Shown here one piece after another: positions 17,459-27,112 of a DNA stretch of 64,000 bases. The stretch's first letter is position 1. Every line of letters begins with the position of its first letter. The notes under the pieces were generated by a model. The model made no database searches. It was not told the origin of the DNA and worked only from the letters and a program-made list of their open reading frames with translations. The stretch lies in contig JALSOH010000004.1 of NCBI GenBank assembly GCA_026986575.1, forward strand, positions 736,001 through 800,000, given 5' to 3'. The translations under genes were made by a program, and so were the position numbers. The DNA is from Thermoproteota archaeon. Its GTDB lineage: Archaea > Korarchaeota > Korarchaeia > Korarchaeales > Korarchaeaceae.

Positions 17459-18553
17459 GTGGCCGGGGACGTGCTGGGCAGGGAGCTGCGACTGATATCC
17501 TTTGGGGAGAGCCACGGGGAGGTGGTAGGGGCCGTTGTGGAGGGGGTCCCTGCTGGGCTTCCGCTGGATGAGTCGGATGTGCAGGAGCTGCTTGATCTGA
17601 GGAGGCCCGGCCAGTCCCAATACACCACCAGCAGGTCGGAGGCGGATAGAGTGAGGATCCTCAGCGGGGTCTTCAGGGGGAGGACTACCGGTGCCCCAAT
17701 CGCGATGATAGTGCGAAACGAGGACGTAATCTCCACCTACTACGAGGAGTTCCTGAGGACCCCAAGGCCGGGGCATGCTGACTACGTGGCCAAGCTCAAG
17801 TACGGGGGCTACAACGATTACAGGGGTGGTGGTAGATTCTCAGGCCGAATGACCGTCTCGATGTGCATGGGAGGGGCCATCGCGAGGAAGCTCCTCAAAC
17901 GCATCGGGACGGAGGTTATAGCCTACTCTCTGGAGATAGGTGGTGAGAGGGCATCGGACTTCACGTTGGAGGATGCTAGGGAGTACAGATACAGGAATCC
18001 AGTCAGGGCTCCCAATGAAGAGAGCTACAGGAGGATGGCTGAGGTTATAGAGAGCGCTAGGAGAGAGGGAGACAGCGTGGGTGGGGTGGTGGAAGTCGTG
18101 GCTCTGAATGTACCGCCCGGCCTAGGTGAGCCCCTCTTCGACACCATAGAGGGTGATGTGGCAAAGGCCATGTTCTCCATACCTGCCGTTAAGGGAGTGG
18201 AGTTCGGCTCTGGCTTCAAGGCAGCTAGGATGAGGGGGTCGGAGCACAACGATCCGCTGGTGATAAGAGATGGGAAGGTGGCCTACGCCAAGAACCATCA
18301 CGGTGGCGTCATAGGTGGCATCACCACTGGCGAGCCGATCGTGGTCAGGGTGGCCTTCAAGCCCACCTCATCGATAGCCAAGCCCCAGCGCACTGTCGAC
18401 TTGGAGGAGATGAGGGAGGTCGAGATAAGGGTTAAAGGAAGACACGATCCTTGTATCGTGCCGAGGGCTGTCGTGGTGGTCGAGAGCATGCTAGCCTTCG
18501 TGCTCGCCGATCACGCGATCAGGGCTGGCCTCATACCCAAGGTGCTGAGGTGA
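17459..18553 (+). CDS. aroC: Chorismate synthase
   Basis: FGESHG, RPGHAD, RGGGRFSGR, GDSVGG, KPTSSI, GRHDPC. Confidence 0.97.
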   Translation: MAGDVLGRELRLISFGESHGEVVGAVVEGVPAGLPLDESDVQELLDLRRPGQSQYTTSRSEADRVRILSGVFRGRTTGAPIAMIVRNEDVISTYYEEFLRTPRPGHADYVAKLKYGGYNDYRGGGRFSGRMTVSMCMGGAIARKLLKRIGTEVIAYSLEIGGERASDFTLEDAREYRYRNPVRAPNEESYRRMAEVIESARREGDSVGGVVEVVALNVPPGLGEPLFDTIEGDVAKAMFSIPAVKGVEFGSGFKAARMRGSEHNDPLVIRDGKVAYAKNHHGGVIGGITTGEPIVVRVAFKPTSSIAKPQRTVDLEEMREVEIRVKGRHDPCIVPRAVVVVESMLAFVLADHAIRAGLIPKVLR

Positions 18554-18558
18554 AGGTG

Positions 18559-19902
18559 ATGGAGGACCTGAGAGCTAGGGTGAGGGAGGTAACCCTCAGA
18601 TTAGTGGAGCTGTATGCCGAGAGGATGTCCTTGGTCAGGCGAATAGCAGAGTTGAAGAGGGAGAGAGGCCTCCCGATCAAGAACGAGGTCGTGGAGGCCA
18701 AGCTTTGGGACGAGGTTTCGGCCAAGTGCAGGGAGAGGAGGTTGGATCAGCTGGATTGCAGGAGGATCTTCAGCTTCCTGATCTCCTCCTCAATCAGGGC
18801 TCAGATCCCTGAGGGCGGTGGAGCGGGACCGCACGTGGAGGTCTTCAGGAGGGCCAAGGAGATCGAGAGGTCCGGCAGCAAGGTCTACCACCTAGAGGTG
18901 GGCGAACCCCCATGGTCCTTCCCACCAGCGGTCTTGGATTCCCTAGTGGAGGCCATAAAGAGGGGAGAAACAAGGTACGGCACCTCCACAGGTACCTTCA
19001 GGTTCAGGGAAGCTGCCAGCGAGTGGCTCTCTCGAAGGGACGGCATCGACGCTAGGCCGGAGGAGGTGATACCTACGCCGGGATCCAAGTACGCAATCTT
19101 CTCCATACTGTCCACCTTCCTCAGACCAGGCGATAGGGTGGGAGTGCAGCTCCCTGCCTGGCCCGCCTACAGGGGAATGGCAGCCCATCTCTCCTTGGAG
19201 ATGGTGGAGATCAATTCAACTGAGGAGGTCGAGAAGCTTGAGGGCGTCAGGGCCTTCATCCTCTGCTCTCCCAACAATCCGGATGGGAGGGTGTGGTCCA
19301 AGAGGGAGCTTGAATCCCTAGCAGAGGTTTTGAGGGAGACGGATGCGCTTCTAATCAGCGACGACGCGTATGCGGAGCTATCGTTTGCCGAGAGGGTCTC
19401 CCCCTCCAAGATATACGAAAACACCATATCTGTGAACACCCTGTCGAAGGCCTTCGGCATGACCGGTTTCAGGCTGGGATACGTGCGGGGGGACGAGGAG
19501 AAGATGAGGGAGCTGGCCAAGTTCATCGGCCTGACAATAACGAATGTCCCCGAGTTCATCCAAGAGGCTGGAGCGTCGGCCTTGGAATCAGCTGGCGACT
19601 GGATCCCGAGGGTGATGGAGCACCTGATCTCTTACCTTGACTTGGCCATGAGGAAACTCGAGGGAGCTCCCCTCAAGATGGACAGACCTGATGGAGCGCT
19701 ATACCTCTTTCCAAAGGTGGAACTCGACGATTTCGACTCAATGGACTTCGCATTCAGACTGCTGGAGGAAAAGAAGATAGCTGTCGCACCTGGATCAGGG
19801 TTCGGTCCCTACAACGACAGACTGAGGATAACCTACGCCAGCCCCGATGCAGATCAGGGATTAAGGCTCCTGAGGGAGGCCCTCCAGTCTTGGAAGTCCT
19901 AG
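18559..19902 (+). CDS. Chorismate mutase (AroQ) - class I/II aminotransferase fusion
   Basis: N-terminal AroQ helices (LRARV...ERMSLVRRIAELK...E...SIRAQ), then HLEVGEP, SPNNPDG, SDDAY, SKAFGMTGFRLGY; ATG at 18559. Confidence 0.85.
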   Translation: MEDLRARVREVTLRLVELYAERMSLVRRIAELKRERGLPIKNEVVEAKLWDEVSAKCRERRLDQLDCRRIFSFLISSSIRAQIPEGGGAGPHVEVFRRAKEIERSGSKVYHLEVGEPPWSFPPAVLDSLVEAIKRGETRYGTSTGTFRFREAASEWLSRRDGIDARPEEVIPTPGSKYAIFSILSTFLRPGDRVGVQLPAWPAYRGMAAHLSLEMVEINSTEEVEKLEGVRAFILCSPNNPDGRVWSKRELESLAEVLRETDALLISDDAYAELSFAERVSPSKIYENTISVNTLSKAFGMTGFRLGYVRGDEEKMRELAKFIGLTITNVPEFIQEAGASALESAGDWIPRVMEHLISYLDLAMRKLEGAPLKMDRPDGALYLFPKVELDDFDSMDFAFRLLEEKKIAVAPGSGFGPYNDRLRITYASPDADQGLRLLREALQSWKS

Positions 19903-20678
19903 TGATTGGGGCTGGAGCCTTGGGCAGCGTCTTGGCGGAGTACTTGGTTAGGGAGCACCCGGTCTCCGTTTACGATGTGGATAAGGGGAGATCCTCCCGA
20001 CTGGCTGATCGGATAGGGGGCAGACCTATAGAGAGCCTGGAAGGCCCACTCTCGTATGATGTGGTTGTAATTTCCGTTCCCATCTCCGCCACCCCCTCGG
20101 TGGTTCGAGAGGTATCCGCCAAGATGGATGAGGGAACGATAGTCGAGGTCTCATCGGTCAAGTCACCCGTGGTCCCTTCAATGAGGGAGGCGAGTGAGAA
20201 AGGCATAGAGACAGTATCCATACATCCTCTCTTCGGACCTGGGCTGAAGGATCTATCTACGGGGAGAGCAGCCCTTATCCCTATCGTCAACGCGGAGAGG
20301 GAACTGGAGATATCATTCTCTCTTTTCCCATTTGAATACGTGATTGTGAACGTCGAGGATCATGATAGGGCCATGGCCTGGCTCGCCCTCATTCATCTCA
20401 TCCTACATGCCTTCCTCTCATCCTCCGAGAGTGAGGCCGAGGTGATTAAATCGCTCGAGACCACGACCCTCAGGTGGTTCCTCAGGCTTGGTGCTTCCTC
20501 ACTACTCCAGAGTGAATCCCTAACGGAGGACCTCATTAAGGAGAACCCGTACTTTCAGGAAGTGCTGGATCGCTTCCTCAGATCGATGAGCAATGATGTG
20601 AGGCTGCTCAGGAAAAGGTTGAGGGGGTGGATGGAACTCCTCGATCTCGAATCGTCCTACAGGTCCCTTTACGGATGA
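19890..20678 (+). CDS. tyrA: Prephenate/arogenate dehydrogenase
   Basis: IGAGALG Rossmann motif, VSSVK, SIHPLFGP, EDHDRAMA; in an operon with aroC. Confidence 0.88.
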   Translation: MEVLVIGAGALGSVLAEYLVREHPVSVYDVDKGRSSRLADRIGGRPIESLEGPLSYDVVVISVPISATPSVVREVSAKMDEGTIVEVSSVKSPVVPSMREASEKGIETVSIHPLFGPGLKDLSTGRAALIPIVNAERELEISFSLFPFEYVIVNVEDHDRAMAWLALIHLILHAFLSSSESEAEVIKSLETTTLRWFLRLGASSLLQSESLTEDLIKENPYFQEVLDRFLRSMSNDVRLLRKRLRGWMELLDLESSYRSLYG

Positions 20679-20685
20679 GATCGCC

Positions 20686-21627
20686 TCATTCCTCTATCTC
20701 GGCGGGATCCTCATCGGTGCTAGGTTCCACTTCCTCCTCTAGTATCTTCTGAACGAACACGGGGTGCTGGAACAGGGAATGATGCATCTCAGGCGAGTAG
20801 AATTTGGTCCTTCCCTCCAATCCCCTCTCCCTGAACCTCCTCATTAGAACCTCGGTCTCTACATCTGGAGGTACTACGTAGTCTGATCCGAAAGAGAACG
20901 TCCAATCATCGGTGAACGACGGGATGTAGGCTCTCGCCAAAGCGTGCTTGGGGAACGCCTCCCTTATGGCCCTGTACACCCTCTGGAATGCCAACCTATT
21001 TATGTGCAGTCCGGTGCTGTGAGTAACCATGAGGCCGCCCTCCCTCAGGATCTTCCTCACCTCCCCGTAGAACTCCCTAGTGTACAGCCTGGCAGCCTGA
21101 CCATAGGGGTCAGTCAGGTCTAGGATGACCACATCGAACTTCTCCTCCGTATTCTCCACGTAAGCCCTTCCATCACCGATCACGAGCTTCAGCCTGTCGT
21201 CATCGAAGGCACCGGCCGGTACCTCAGGTAGATGCCTCGTCACCAGATCAATGACTGACCTGTCCAGTTCCACCATGGTGACCTCCTTAACGGGATGCTT
21301 GAGCACCTCCCTCAGGGCACCTCCATCACCACCACCTATTATCAAGACCCTCTCAGGCCTCTCAACAGATAGCAAAGCCGGATGAACGAGCGTCTCATGA
21401 TAGATGAATTCATCGTACAGGGAGAGCATCACTATGTGCTCTATGAAGAGCGACCTCCCGTAGAAGGGAAAATCAACCACCTCCACCAGCTGTCCAGCTT
21501 CACTCTGCTCGGAGGAGATGACCCTCTCCACAGGCGTCAGGGTGGCGAGGTTGGGGCCAGCGTGCTCCAAGTAAAGGAGGATCCCATCGATAGTGCGCAG
21601 TCCGGGCTTCGGCAGCTTGGGGGACAT
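20686..21627 (-). CDS. speE: Polyamine aminopropyltransferase (spermidine synthase family)
   Basis: DEFIYHE.LVHP, LIIGGGDGG..RE, VELD, DVVILDLTDP. Confidence 0.93.
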   Translation of the reverse strand: MSPKLPKPGLRTIDGILLYLEHAGPNLATLTPVERVISSEQSEAGQLVEVVDFPFYGRSLFIEHIVMLSLYDEFIYHETLVHPALLSVERPERVLIIGGGDGGALREVLKHPVKEVTMVELDRSVIDLVTRHLPEVPAGAFDDDRLKLVIGDGRAYVENTEEKFDVVILDLTDPYGQAARLYTREFYGEVRKILREGGLMVTHSTGLHINRLAFQRVYRAIREAFPKHALARAYIPSFTDDWTFSFGSDYVVPPDVETEVLMRRFRERGLEGRTKFYSPEMHHSLFQHPVFVQKILEEEVEPSTDEDPAEIEE

Positions 21628-21664
21628 AGGGCTCTTTATCCGGCCGGACTTAAAAATATGGTCA

Positions 21665-22732
21665 CTAGAGGAGGGATTTGGAGAGGAGCTCGGCTATGGA
21701 GTCTACGTACTCCTCATCTACGAGCCCCTCCTCCTGCAGGATAGCCAGTTCACCGTAAACGATCTCCCTCAAATCCTCAGACAGGAGATTGCCCCCCCAA
21801 TCTATCCTGTCCACTCTGAGCATAGAAGAGAGCCTTCTATTCACCTCGGTCTCGTCGAAGAGCGAGTCGAACCTCCCAAGGAGATCCTTGATTTTGTGAG
21901 TCAGTCCCGGGGTCTTGAACCTCAGATTGGATATCAGAAATCTCCTCCTAGCCTTCCCCTTTGTCTCCACTAGGTAGATAGGCAAGAGAATCTCCCCTAT
22001 GGGGGGCGCAGATCTCAGAGTGCTGACAAGTTCCTCGTACGCTCTCGCAGCGCCTTCTATTCTCGAAATCAGGGAAGAGCACGCTCCCTCTATTCGGCTT
22101 CTCTCGTGCTGATACTCCCTCCTGAGGCTCGAGTCCGGTGGATATCTCTCAATCCACGAGTCCAGCTCCCTCACCATCTCGTCGCAGGAAAGCCTCACCT
22201 CAGATGCGAGTCGAGTGAACCTCTGAAGAGAGGACTCCAGCTCGTCAAGCCTGCCCATCAGGGACCTTAACCCTTTGGAGGAGAGGGGATCGCATTCGTG
22301 GCCGACTTGGATGCACAAGTCAACTTCGGTCGTCCTACTTAATAGAGGGAACAGGAAGCTGGGGGCAATTCCCTCTAATCTCACCTCCTCACTGGGAGGC
22401 CTGAAGGAAGATAGAGCGGACACTCTAGATGCGAAGGTCCTATGATCCAAGGCCGTTCTCAGCGTGGAAAGGGCTGACTCCCAAGCTCCCACATCTTCCA
22501 ACCTGTAGACAGGTTCTAGGGAGCAGATCCTGTCCATCACCACCGAGAGTCCGTCTACTGTGACTCCTTTCAGGGGGATGTATCTCAACCTGATAGAGTC
22601 GAGGATCTCCTCTTTCCTGCTGAACAGACCCTTCTTCTTCCTCTTCTCCTGTATGAAAGAGAGGATAGCTGTTAAGTGGGCTGCTAGACTCTGCCTGGGA
22701 TAATCCGATAGTATGTTCACGATCTCGGCCAT
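21665..22732 (-). CDS. Hypothetical protein with a central coiled coil
   Basis: 355-aa ORF overlapping the upstream aldo/keto reductase gene; no family recognised. Confidence 0.6.
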   Translation of the reverse strand: MAEIVNILSDYPRQSLAAHLTAILSFIQEKRKKKGLFSRKEEILDSIRLRYIPLKGVTVDGLSVVMDRICSLEPVYRLEDVGAWESALSTLRTALDHRTFASRVSALSSFRPPSEEVRLEGIAPSFLFPLLSRTTEVDLCIQVGHECDPLSSKGLRSLMGRLDELESSLQRFTRLASEVRLSCDEMVRELDSWIERYPPDSSLRREYQHERSRIEGACSSLISRIEGAARAYEELVSTLRSAPPIGEILLPIYLVETKGKARRRFLISNLRFKTPGLTHKIKDLLGRFDSLFDETEVNRRLSSMLRVDRIDWGGNLLSEDLREIVYGELAILQEEGLVDEEYVDSIAELLSKSLL

Positions 22733-23553
22733 CTCGATCTCTCCTCCAGCACATCCAGTTCCCTCATCAGCTCATCGGGTATCCTCCATCCAACTGAGCC
22801 GGCTAGCTCCTCCACGTGATTCACACGAGACGCCTTTGGAATTGCCACAACCATCGGCTTGGATATGAGCCAGTTTATCGCTACCTGAGCCGGGGTCTTC
22901 CCCATCTTAGCGGCAATCACCTTCAGCTTATAAGGTGGTCTCTTTGCCAGTCTCCCCCTGTCTAGGGGGCTGTACGCCATGAGGGTTATTCTCTCCCTCT
23001 GACAGTAGGGAAGCAAGTCCTCCTCGGGTTCTCTTACCCTCAGGCTGTACTCCACCTGATTAGTCACCACATCATTATGCTCCAACAGTTCCCTGGCTCT
23101 CTTCAGCAGATCCAGTGAGAAGTTGCTCACCCCAATGTACCTTACGATGCCCTCGCTAACCAGCTCCTCCATCGCCCTCAGCGTTTCCTCGAGCGAGTAG
23201 GAAGGATTTGGCCAGTGGATGAGGTAGATATCGATGTAAGTACCGAGTCTCGCGGCGCTGGCCCTAGCTGCCCTCTTCACCGACTCGTAGGCCAAGTTGG
23301 TTCCCCATACTTTGGTTACTATGGTGATGGATTCCCTATCGAAAGGTTTTATGGCCTCGCCAACCAGCTCCTCAGCCTTCCCCCATCCATACATCTCTGC
23401 GGTATCTATGAGCGTCATCCCCAATTCAATACCCCTTCTAAGCGCGGCTATTGCCTCTCCCTTGGGAGTCGCCTCTATCTGGTAGGTGCCGAGGCCCACC
23501 TTAGGTATCTTAACCCCCGTACCGTCAAGTTCCTCGTATTCCACGGGGATCAC
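22717..23553 (-). CDS. Aldo/keto reductase
   Basis: GLGTY, IDTAEMYG, YLIHWP, IGVSNF, NQVEYS, AYSPL, IPKAS. Confidence 0.93.
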   Translation of the reverse strand: MIPVEYEELDGTGVKIPKVGLGTYQIEATPKGEAIAALRRGIELGMTLIDTAEMYGWGKAEELVGEAIKPFDRESITIVTKVWGTNLAYESVKRAARASAARLGTYIDIYLIHWPNPSYSLEETLRAMEELVSEGIVRYIGVSNFSLDLLKRARELLEHNDVVTNQVEYSLRVREPEEDLLPYCQRERITLMAYSPLDRGRLAKRPPYKLKVIAAKMGKTPAQVAINWLISKPMVVAIPKASRVNHVEELAGSVGWRIPDELMRELDVLEERSRWPRS

Positions 23554-25129
23554 CTATCATAAGCTCCTGAGCTAGGGGAATACCGTTACCATTAAGATCA
23601 AGTTGCAGGAGCCCGGAGGTTTTATATCTATCTGATCCGGCTACTACAACCACTAGGGTATCGCCTTCCAAGCTCACGTGTACGATCTGCCCTCCCTCCA
23701 TGAGGGAAGCCTTCTCGGCGCCGGATAGCAGAGAGGCTGCAATGTTTGTGGGCATGTTACTATCGGTCGGAGCCTTGTGACCGCCCAGCACGATGACCAC
23801 GTCGTAATTGCCGAACTCGTCCGCGGAATTTATCCTGTGGAGGGTAACTCCTGAGGAGTTCGCGGCTGATATCAGGTCCTCAGACGAGAGATTCCAGTCT
23901 ATGTCGTTAGAGTAGACGGCCACCCTTCTGACGCGGGTGGTCACGTTGATCTCGTAGACCCTGTTCTTGGCTCCAGTAAACACGAGGGAGAGGATGCCTG
24001 AGGCCTCTATCCCGTGGAGGGATGTCAGGGAGAGCGTGACATTGAAGGGCGGGGTGCTGGACTGGGGGGAGAGGGATACGTTCAGCCATTCGGGAGAACC
24101 TAAGACCCCAGCGGATACTTCACCGCTGAAGTTCCCCGTGGGCACAACCCTCAGGGACACATTCCTCTCCAATCCGCCAACCAGATCTACTTGGGAGGGC
24201 CCCATCACCGTGAAGCCCCTCCACTCAAGGACCGTGAGGTTCACTGGGGCTGAGGCCTCCATGACGCCCTCAGCTCTTATGACCATCGTGTACCCCCCTC
24301 CCGGAGCGGTGTCCGGAACCTCCAAGTTGAGGGTGCTGTTGAACGGAGGGAATCCCTGTTGAGGGGAGAACTCGTAGGAGAGAAAATCAGGACCCTCTAA
24401 AGACAGGTTTATCGGTTTTGAGAGGTGGCCCGTCACGAACACCCTTATGCTTGTGTTCTCACCTTGAGTGACCACCACCTCGGGGGCCTCGAGAACAAGG
24501 CCCAGCGAGGCGGCCTCGTACTCTATCATAAGAACGGGCCCGTTAGATTCACTTACCTCTGAGTAGAACTCGTAGTAACCCTCTTGTCCCTCAGCTATTT
24601 TGATCAGGAGCCAGCCACTGCTCTCCAGCTCGTTGTCGACGGCAGCTTGGACGTAGGACGTCAGATTTATCTCGGCTCGGGGAAGGGAACCAGTTCCCTC
24701 ACCCCACTTCTCAATGAGGTCACCTCCTGGAGTGCTCCAAGGGAGGCCCGATCTCACACTGTTCCAGGTCGTTCCAAATATGTCGGGTTCTCCCCTCACA
24801 TCCCATACCTCTATAGTGGGGTTAGACGTGTTATACGTGGTCAGTACTAGAGTAGCGTTGAGTATCTTGGAATATTGAGGTATGTGCGACCTTATCTCAC
24901 CTATATCGAACCTTAAAAGGGCTCTAGCTTCTATGGTGTCGTTGTCCACTGTGGTTCTGGATACTCTGAGGACTTGGGAGCTCGCATGAGGGGTGTCAGG
25001 CTCCCAGCTGGCTATGTAGCAGTCGACGTAGGACCCGACCGTAAGAGAGTCGCTTGCTTCCATCAACGAGACGGGAATGAGCAGGAGAACCATAGAAAGA
25101 ATGGATAGTGATCTAGCAGAGACCTTCAT
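23525..25129 (-). CDS. Secreted surface protein: DNRLRE-like beta domain, Ig-like repeats and a C-terminal S-layer-type module
   Basis: Signal peptide from the ATG at 25129; DCYI...PD, RALLRFD, W..PGGD; C-terminal VIVLGG...VVVAGSDRYKT. Confidence 0.7.
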   Translation of the reverse strand: MKVSARSLSILSMVLLLIPVSLMEASDSLTVGSYVDCYIASWEPDTPHASSQVLRVSRTTVDNDTIEARALLRFDIGEIRSHIPQYSKILNATLVLTTYNTSNPTIEVWDVRGEPDIFGTTWNSVRSGLPWSTPGGDLIEKWGEGTGSLPRAEINLTSYVQAAVDNELESSGWLLIKIAEGQEGYYEFYSEVSESNGPVLMIEYEAASLGLVLEAPEVVVTQGENTSIRVFVTGHLSKPINLSLEGPDFLSYEFSPQQGFPPFNSTLNLEVPDTAPGGGYTMVIRAEGVMEASAPVNLTVLEWRGFTVMGPSQVDLVGGLERNVSLRVVPTGNFSGEVSAGVLGSPEWLNVSLSPQSSTPPFNVTLSLTSLHGIEASGILSLVFTGAKNRVYEINVTTRVRRVAVYSNDIDWNLSSEDLISAANSSGVTLHRINSADEFGNYDVVIVLGGHKAPTDSNMPTNIAASLLSGAEKASLMEGGQIVHVSLEGDTLVVVVAGSDRYKTSGLLQLDLNGNGIPLAQELMIGDPRGIRGT

Positions 25130-25910
25130 AAAATTCAGGCCTCCTGTCCCCGAATACATCGTTCAGCTCATTTATCTTCTTGTTGTCAGCGAGCTTAGGA
25201 TCTACCTCCGCAACCATAGCGTGCTCCCCTTCCTTGGGAGCTTGGACAAGCACTTTCATGCCGGGATCCACTACTAGCGATCTGCCCTCATACTCGAACC
25301 TCTTCCCTCCCCTCTCCTCTACCCCGCTCCTGTCCGAGAGGATGATGTAGACCCTGTTCTCGACGGCTCTGGCCAGGTCCACGGTGGGCGCGAAGGGGAG
25401 CACGAGATTGGAGGGGTGAGCTATGACTTGGGCGCCTTTCAAGGCTAAAGTCCTCGCTGCCTCCGGGAAACGCCAGTCGTAGCATATCATGACCCCAACC
25501 CTCATACCGGCCACGTGGAACACTCGGAAGCCGGTATCCCCAGGTTCAAAGAACAACTTCTCCTCAAAGAATAGGTGAGTCTTCCTGTAAACTCCCTTTA
25601 CATCGCCATTTTCGTCGATAACCACTGCTGAATTGTAGAACTTATCGCCATCTCTCTCCGCGAAGCCGGCGATCAAGGCAGTGGACGTATCCTCAGCGAA
25701 CTTTCTCAGTTCGCTCACGGTGTATCCCTCGAGATCCTCAGCTAGCTTCGAAACTTCTTCCTTACTCAAGAAGAGGTAGCCAGTATTGAACAGCTCGGGA
25801 AAGACTAGTAAGTCCGCCTCCACCTTGGAGGCGAGCTCTAGGGCCCTCGCTACGTTCCTCTCGACCTCACCGAATAGGGGATCGTTCTGGACGAAACCCA
25901 CCTTCTTCAT
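25113..25910 (-). CDS. Nitrilase-superfamily carbon-nitrogen hydrolase
   Basis: Glu-Lys-Cys triad in FPELF, YRKTHL and ICYDWRFPE; C-terminal DRRPEFY. Confidence 0.92.
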   Translation of the reverse strand: MKKVGFVQNDPLFGEVERNVARALELASKVEADLLVFPELFNTGYLFLSKEEVSKLAEDLEGYTVSELRKFAEDTSTALIAGFAERDGDKFYNSAVVIDENGDVKGVYRKTHLFFEEKLFFEPGDTGFRVFHVAGMRVGVMICYDWRFPEAARTLALKGAQVIAHPSNLVLPFAPTVDLARAVENRVYIILSDRSGVEERGGKRFEYEGRSLVVDPGMKVLVQAPKEGEHAMVAEVDPKLADNKKINELNDVFGDRRPEFYEGLC

Positions 25911-25950
25911 GCGCTATCCTAGCGAGGCCTACCATAGCGCCTATTAACCT

Positions 25951-26244
25951 TCACGGGATGAGCTCCATGAGGATGAGCAGGAGTACACCAGCTAGGATAA
26001 GTTTCCTCCCTTTGTATGTGAATATATCGCTCGCCCATAGCACCACTCCCAAGGCGATGAGTGTCCCAGCGAGGACCCTCCCTATAGAGATCGCGGACTC
26101 CTTCAACACGTTAAGTATGTTCATAATGCTCTGAGTCAGCTCATTTATCGCGCTCTCGAAACTAGAAAACGGATCCTGAGCCTTGACCACTAGGGGAGTC
26201 ATTAGGAGCACCATTATAAGAGCTGAGTAGACAAGCGCCCTCAT
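25951..26244 (-). CDS. Small membrane protein resembling a TrbC/VirB2-type pilin
   Basis: Cleavable signal peptide (VVKA|QD), amphipathic helix, then two hydrophobic helices separated by a short basic loop (YKGRK). Confidence 0.55.
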   Translation of the reverse strand: MRALVYSALIMVLLMTPLVVKAQDPFSSFESAINELTQSIMNILNVLKESAISIGRVLAGTLIALGVVLWASDIFTYKGRKLILAGVLLLILMELIP

Positions 26245-26305
26245 CGTTTGAATCGAAAGACCGTAGGATAAGTAGGAGAATAAATGCGCTAACGACTGGA
26301 AACTT

Positions 26306-27112
26306 TCACGAGCCCCTCGCCCTGATCTCCCACTCCCTTATGCAAGAGAATCCCCTCCTTAACCTTCCACCCCGTATTATGATCGCCTCCTTATCGAAGA
26401 CAACGGCCTTGAAGGCGATAGCGACCTCCTCTTCAGCGAACTTGGTGGTATAAGTGAGCCTGAGGCTTATCCCCTCATCAGTGAGGTTCTTCCTCAGGTA
26501 CCTCACGAGTGAGGTTAGTTCCTCCCTCATCTCTTGGAGGGCTGCGGTGACGTTCTCCTCACTAGAGAAAGCTTCCTTGACGATACCTATGGTCCGGTGT
26601 CTTAGACGGGTGAGGACCTCTCTGATGAGGAAGTAGGTAGTGGGCTGGCAGGCCTCGACATCGAAGTACCTCCTCGCCTTGATGCCGAGCAAATCATCCC
26701 TAATCGTTAGCCCCGACGATGCGACAACTTTTATCCCTCCGTCCCTACAGTAGCCCCCGAAGGCCTGATCCGAGACATCGCCCTCTCTTGACTCGCCTAT
26801 AGAGTAACGGAGATCTCCCATCAGGGAGAAGCCTTTGCTCATCAAGTCTTCCCTCAGGAGTTGGACGAACAGACTTCCGTTCGGAGGTGGGGGGAGCTCC
26901 TCACAGGCCGTCGCGTTTACCCCAGCAAGCCACCTATCCACCCAAGACCTAGCGAAGATCATGGACCGGGCTTTGAGCGTGTCGGCCTCCGCACTTATCT
27001 CATACATCCTCAATTCCCCCATGTAGAGGAGCCAGTCCTCATCAGAGCGCGGTGCGCTGACTAAGAAGGAGGCCACAAGGAGAGCGATAAGGATGAGAAC
27101 AAGCTCCTTCAT
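26306..27112 (-). CDS. Hypothetical exported protein with an N-terminal hydrophobic helix
   Basis: 268-aa ORF, ATGA-coupled to the upstream gene, 4 Cys. Confidence 0.65.
   Translation of the reverse strand: MKELVLILIALLVASFLVSAPRSDEDWLLYMGELRMYEISAEADTLKARSMIFARSWVDRWLAGVNATACEELPPPPNGSLFVQLLREDLMSKGFSLMGDLRYSIGESREGDVSDQAFGGYCRDGGIKVVASSGLTIRDDLLGIKARRYFDVEACQPTTYFLIREVLTRLRHRTIGIVKEAFSSEENVTAALQEMREELTSLVRYLRKNLTDEGISLRLTYTTKFAEEEVAIAFKAVVFDKEAIIIRGGRLRRGFSCIREWEIRARGS

Noticed and set aside
20686-25910. speE plus nitrilase as a polyamine pathway cluster
   Set aside because: Three unrelated genes separate them, and nitrilase specificity cannot be read from the sequence.
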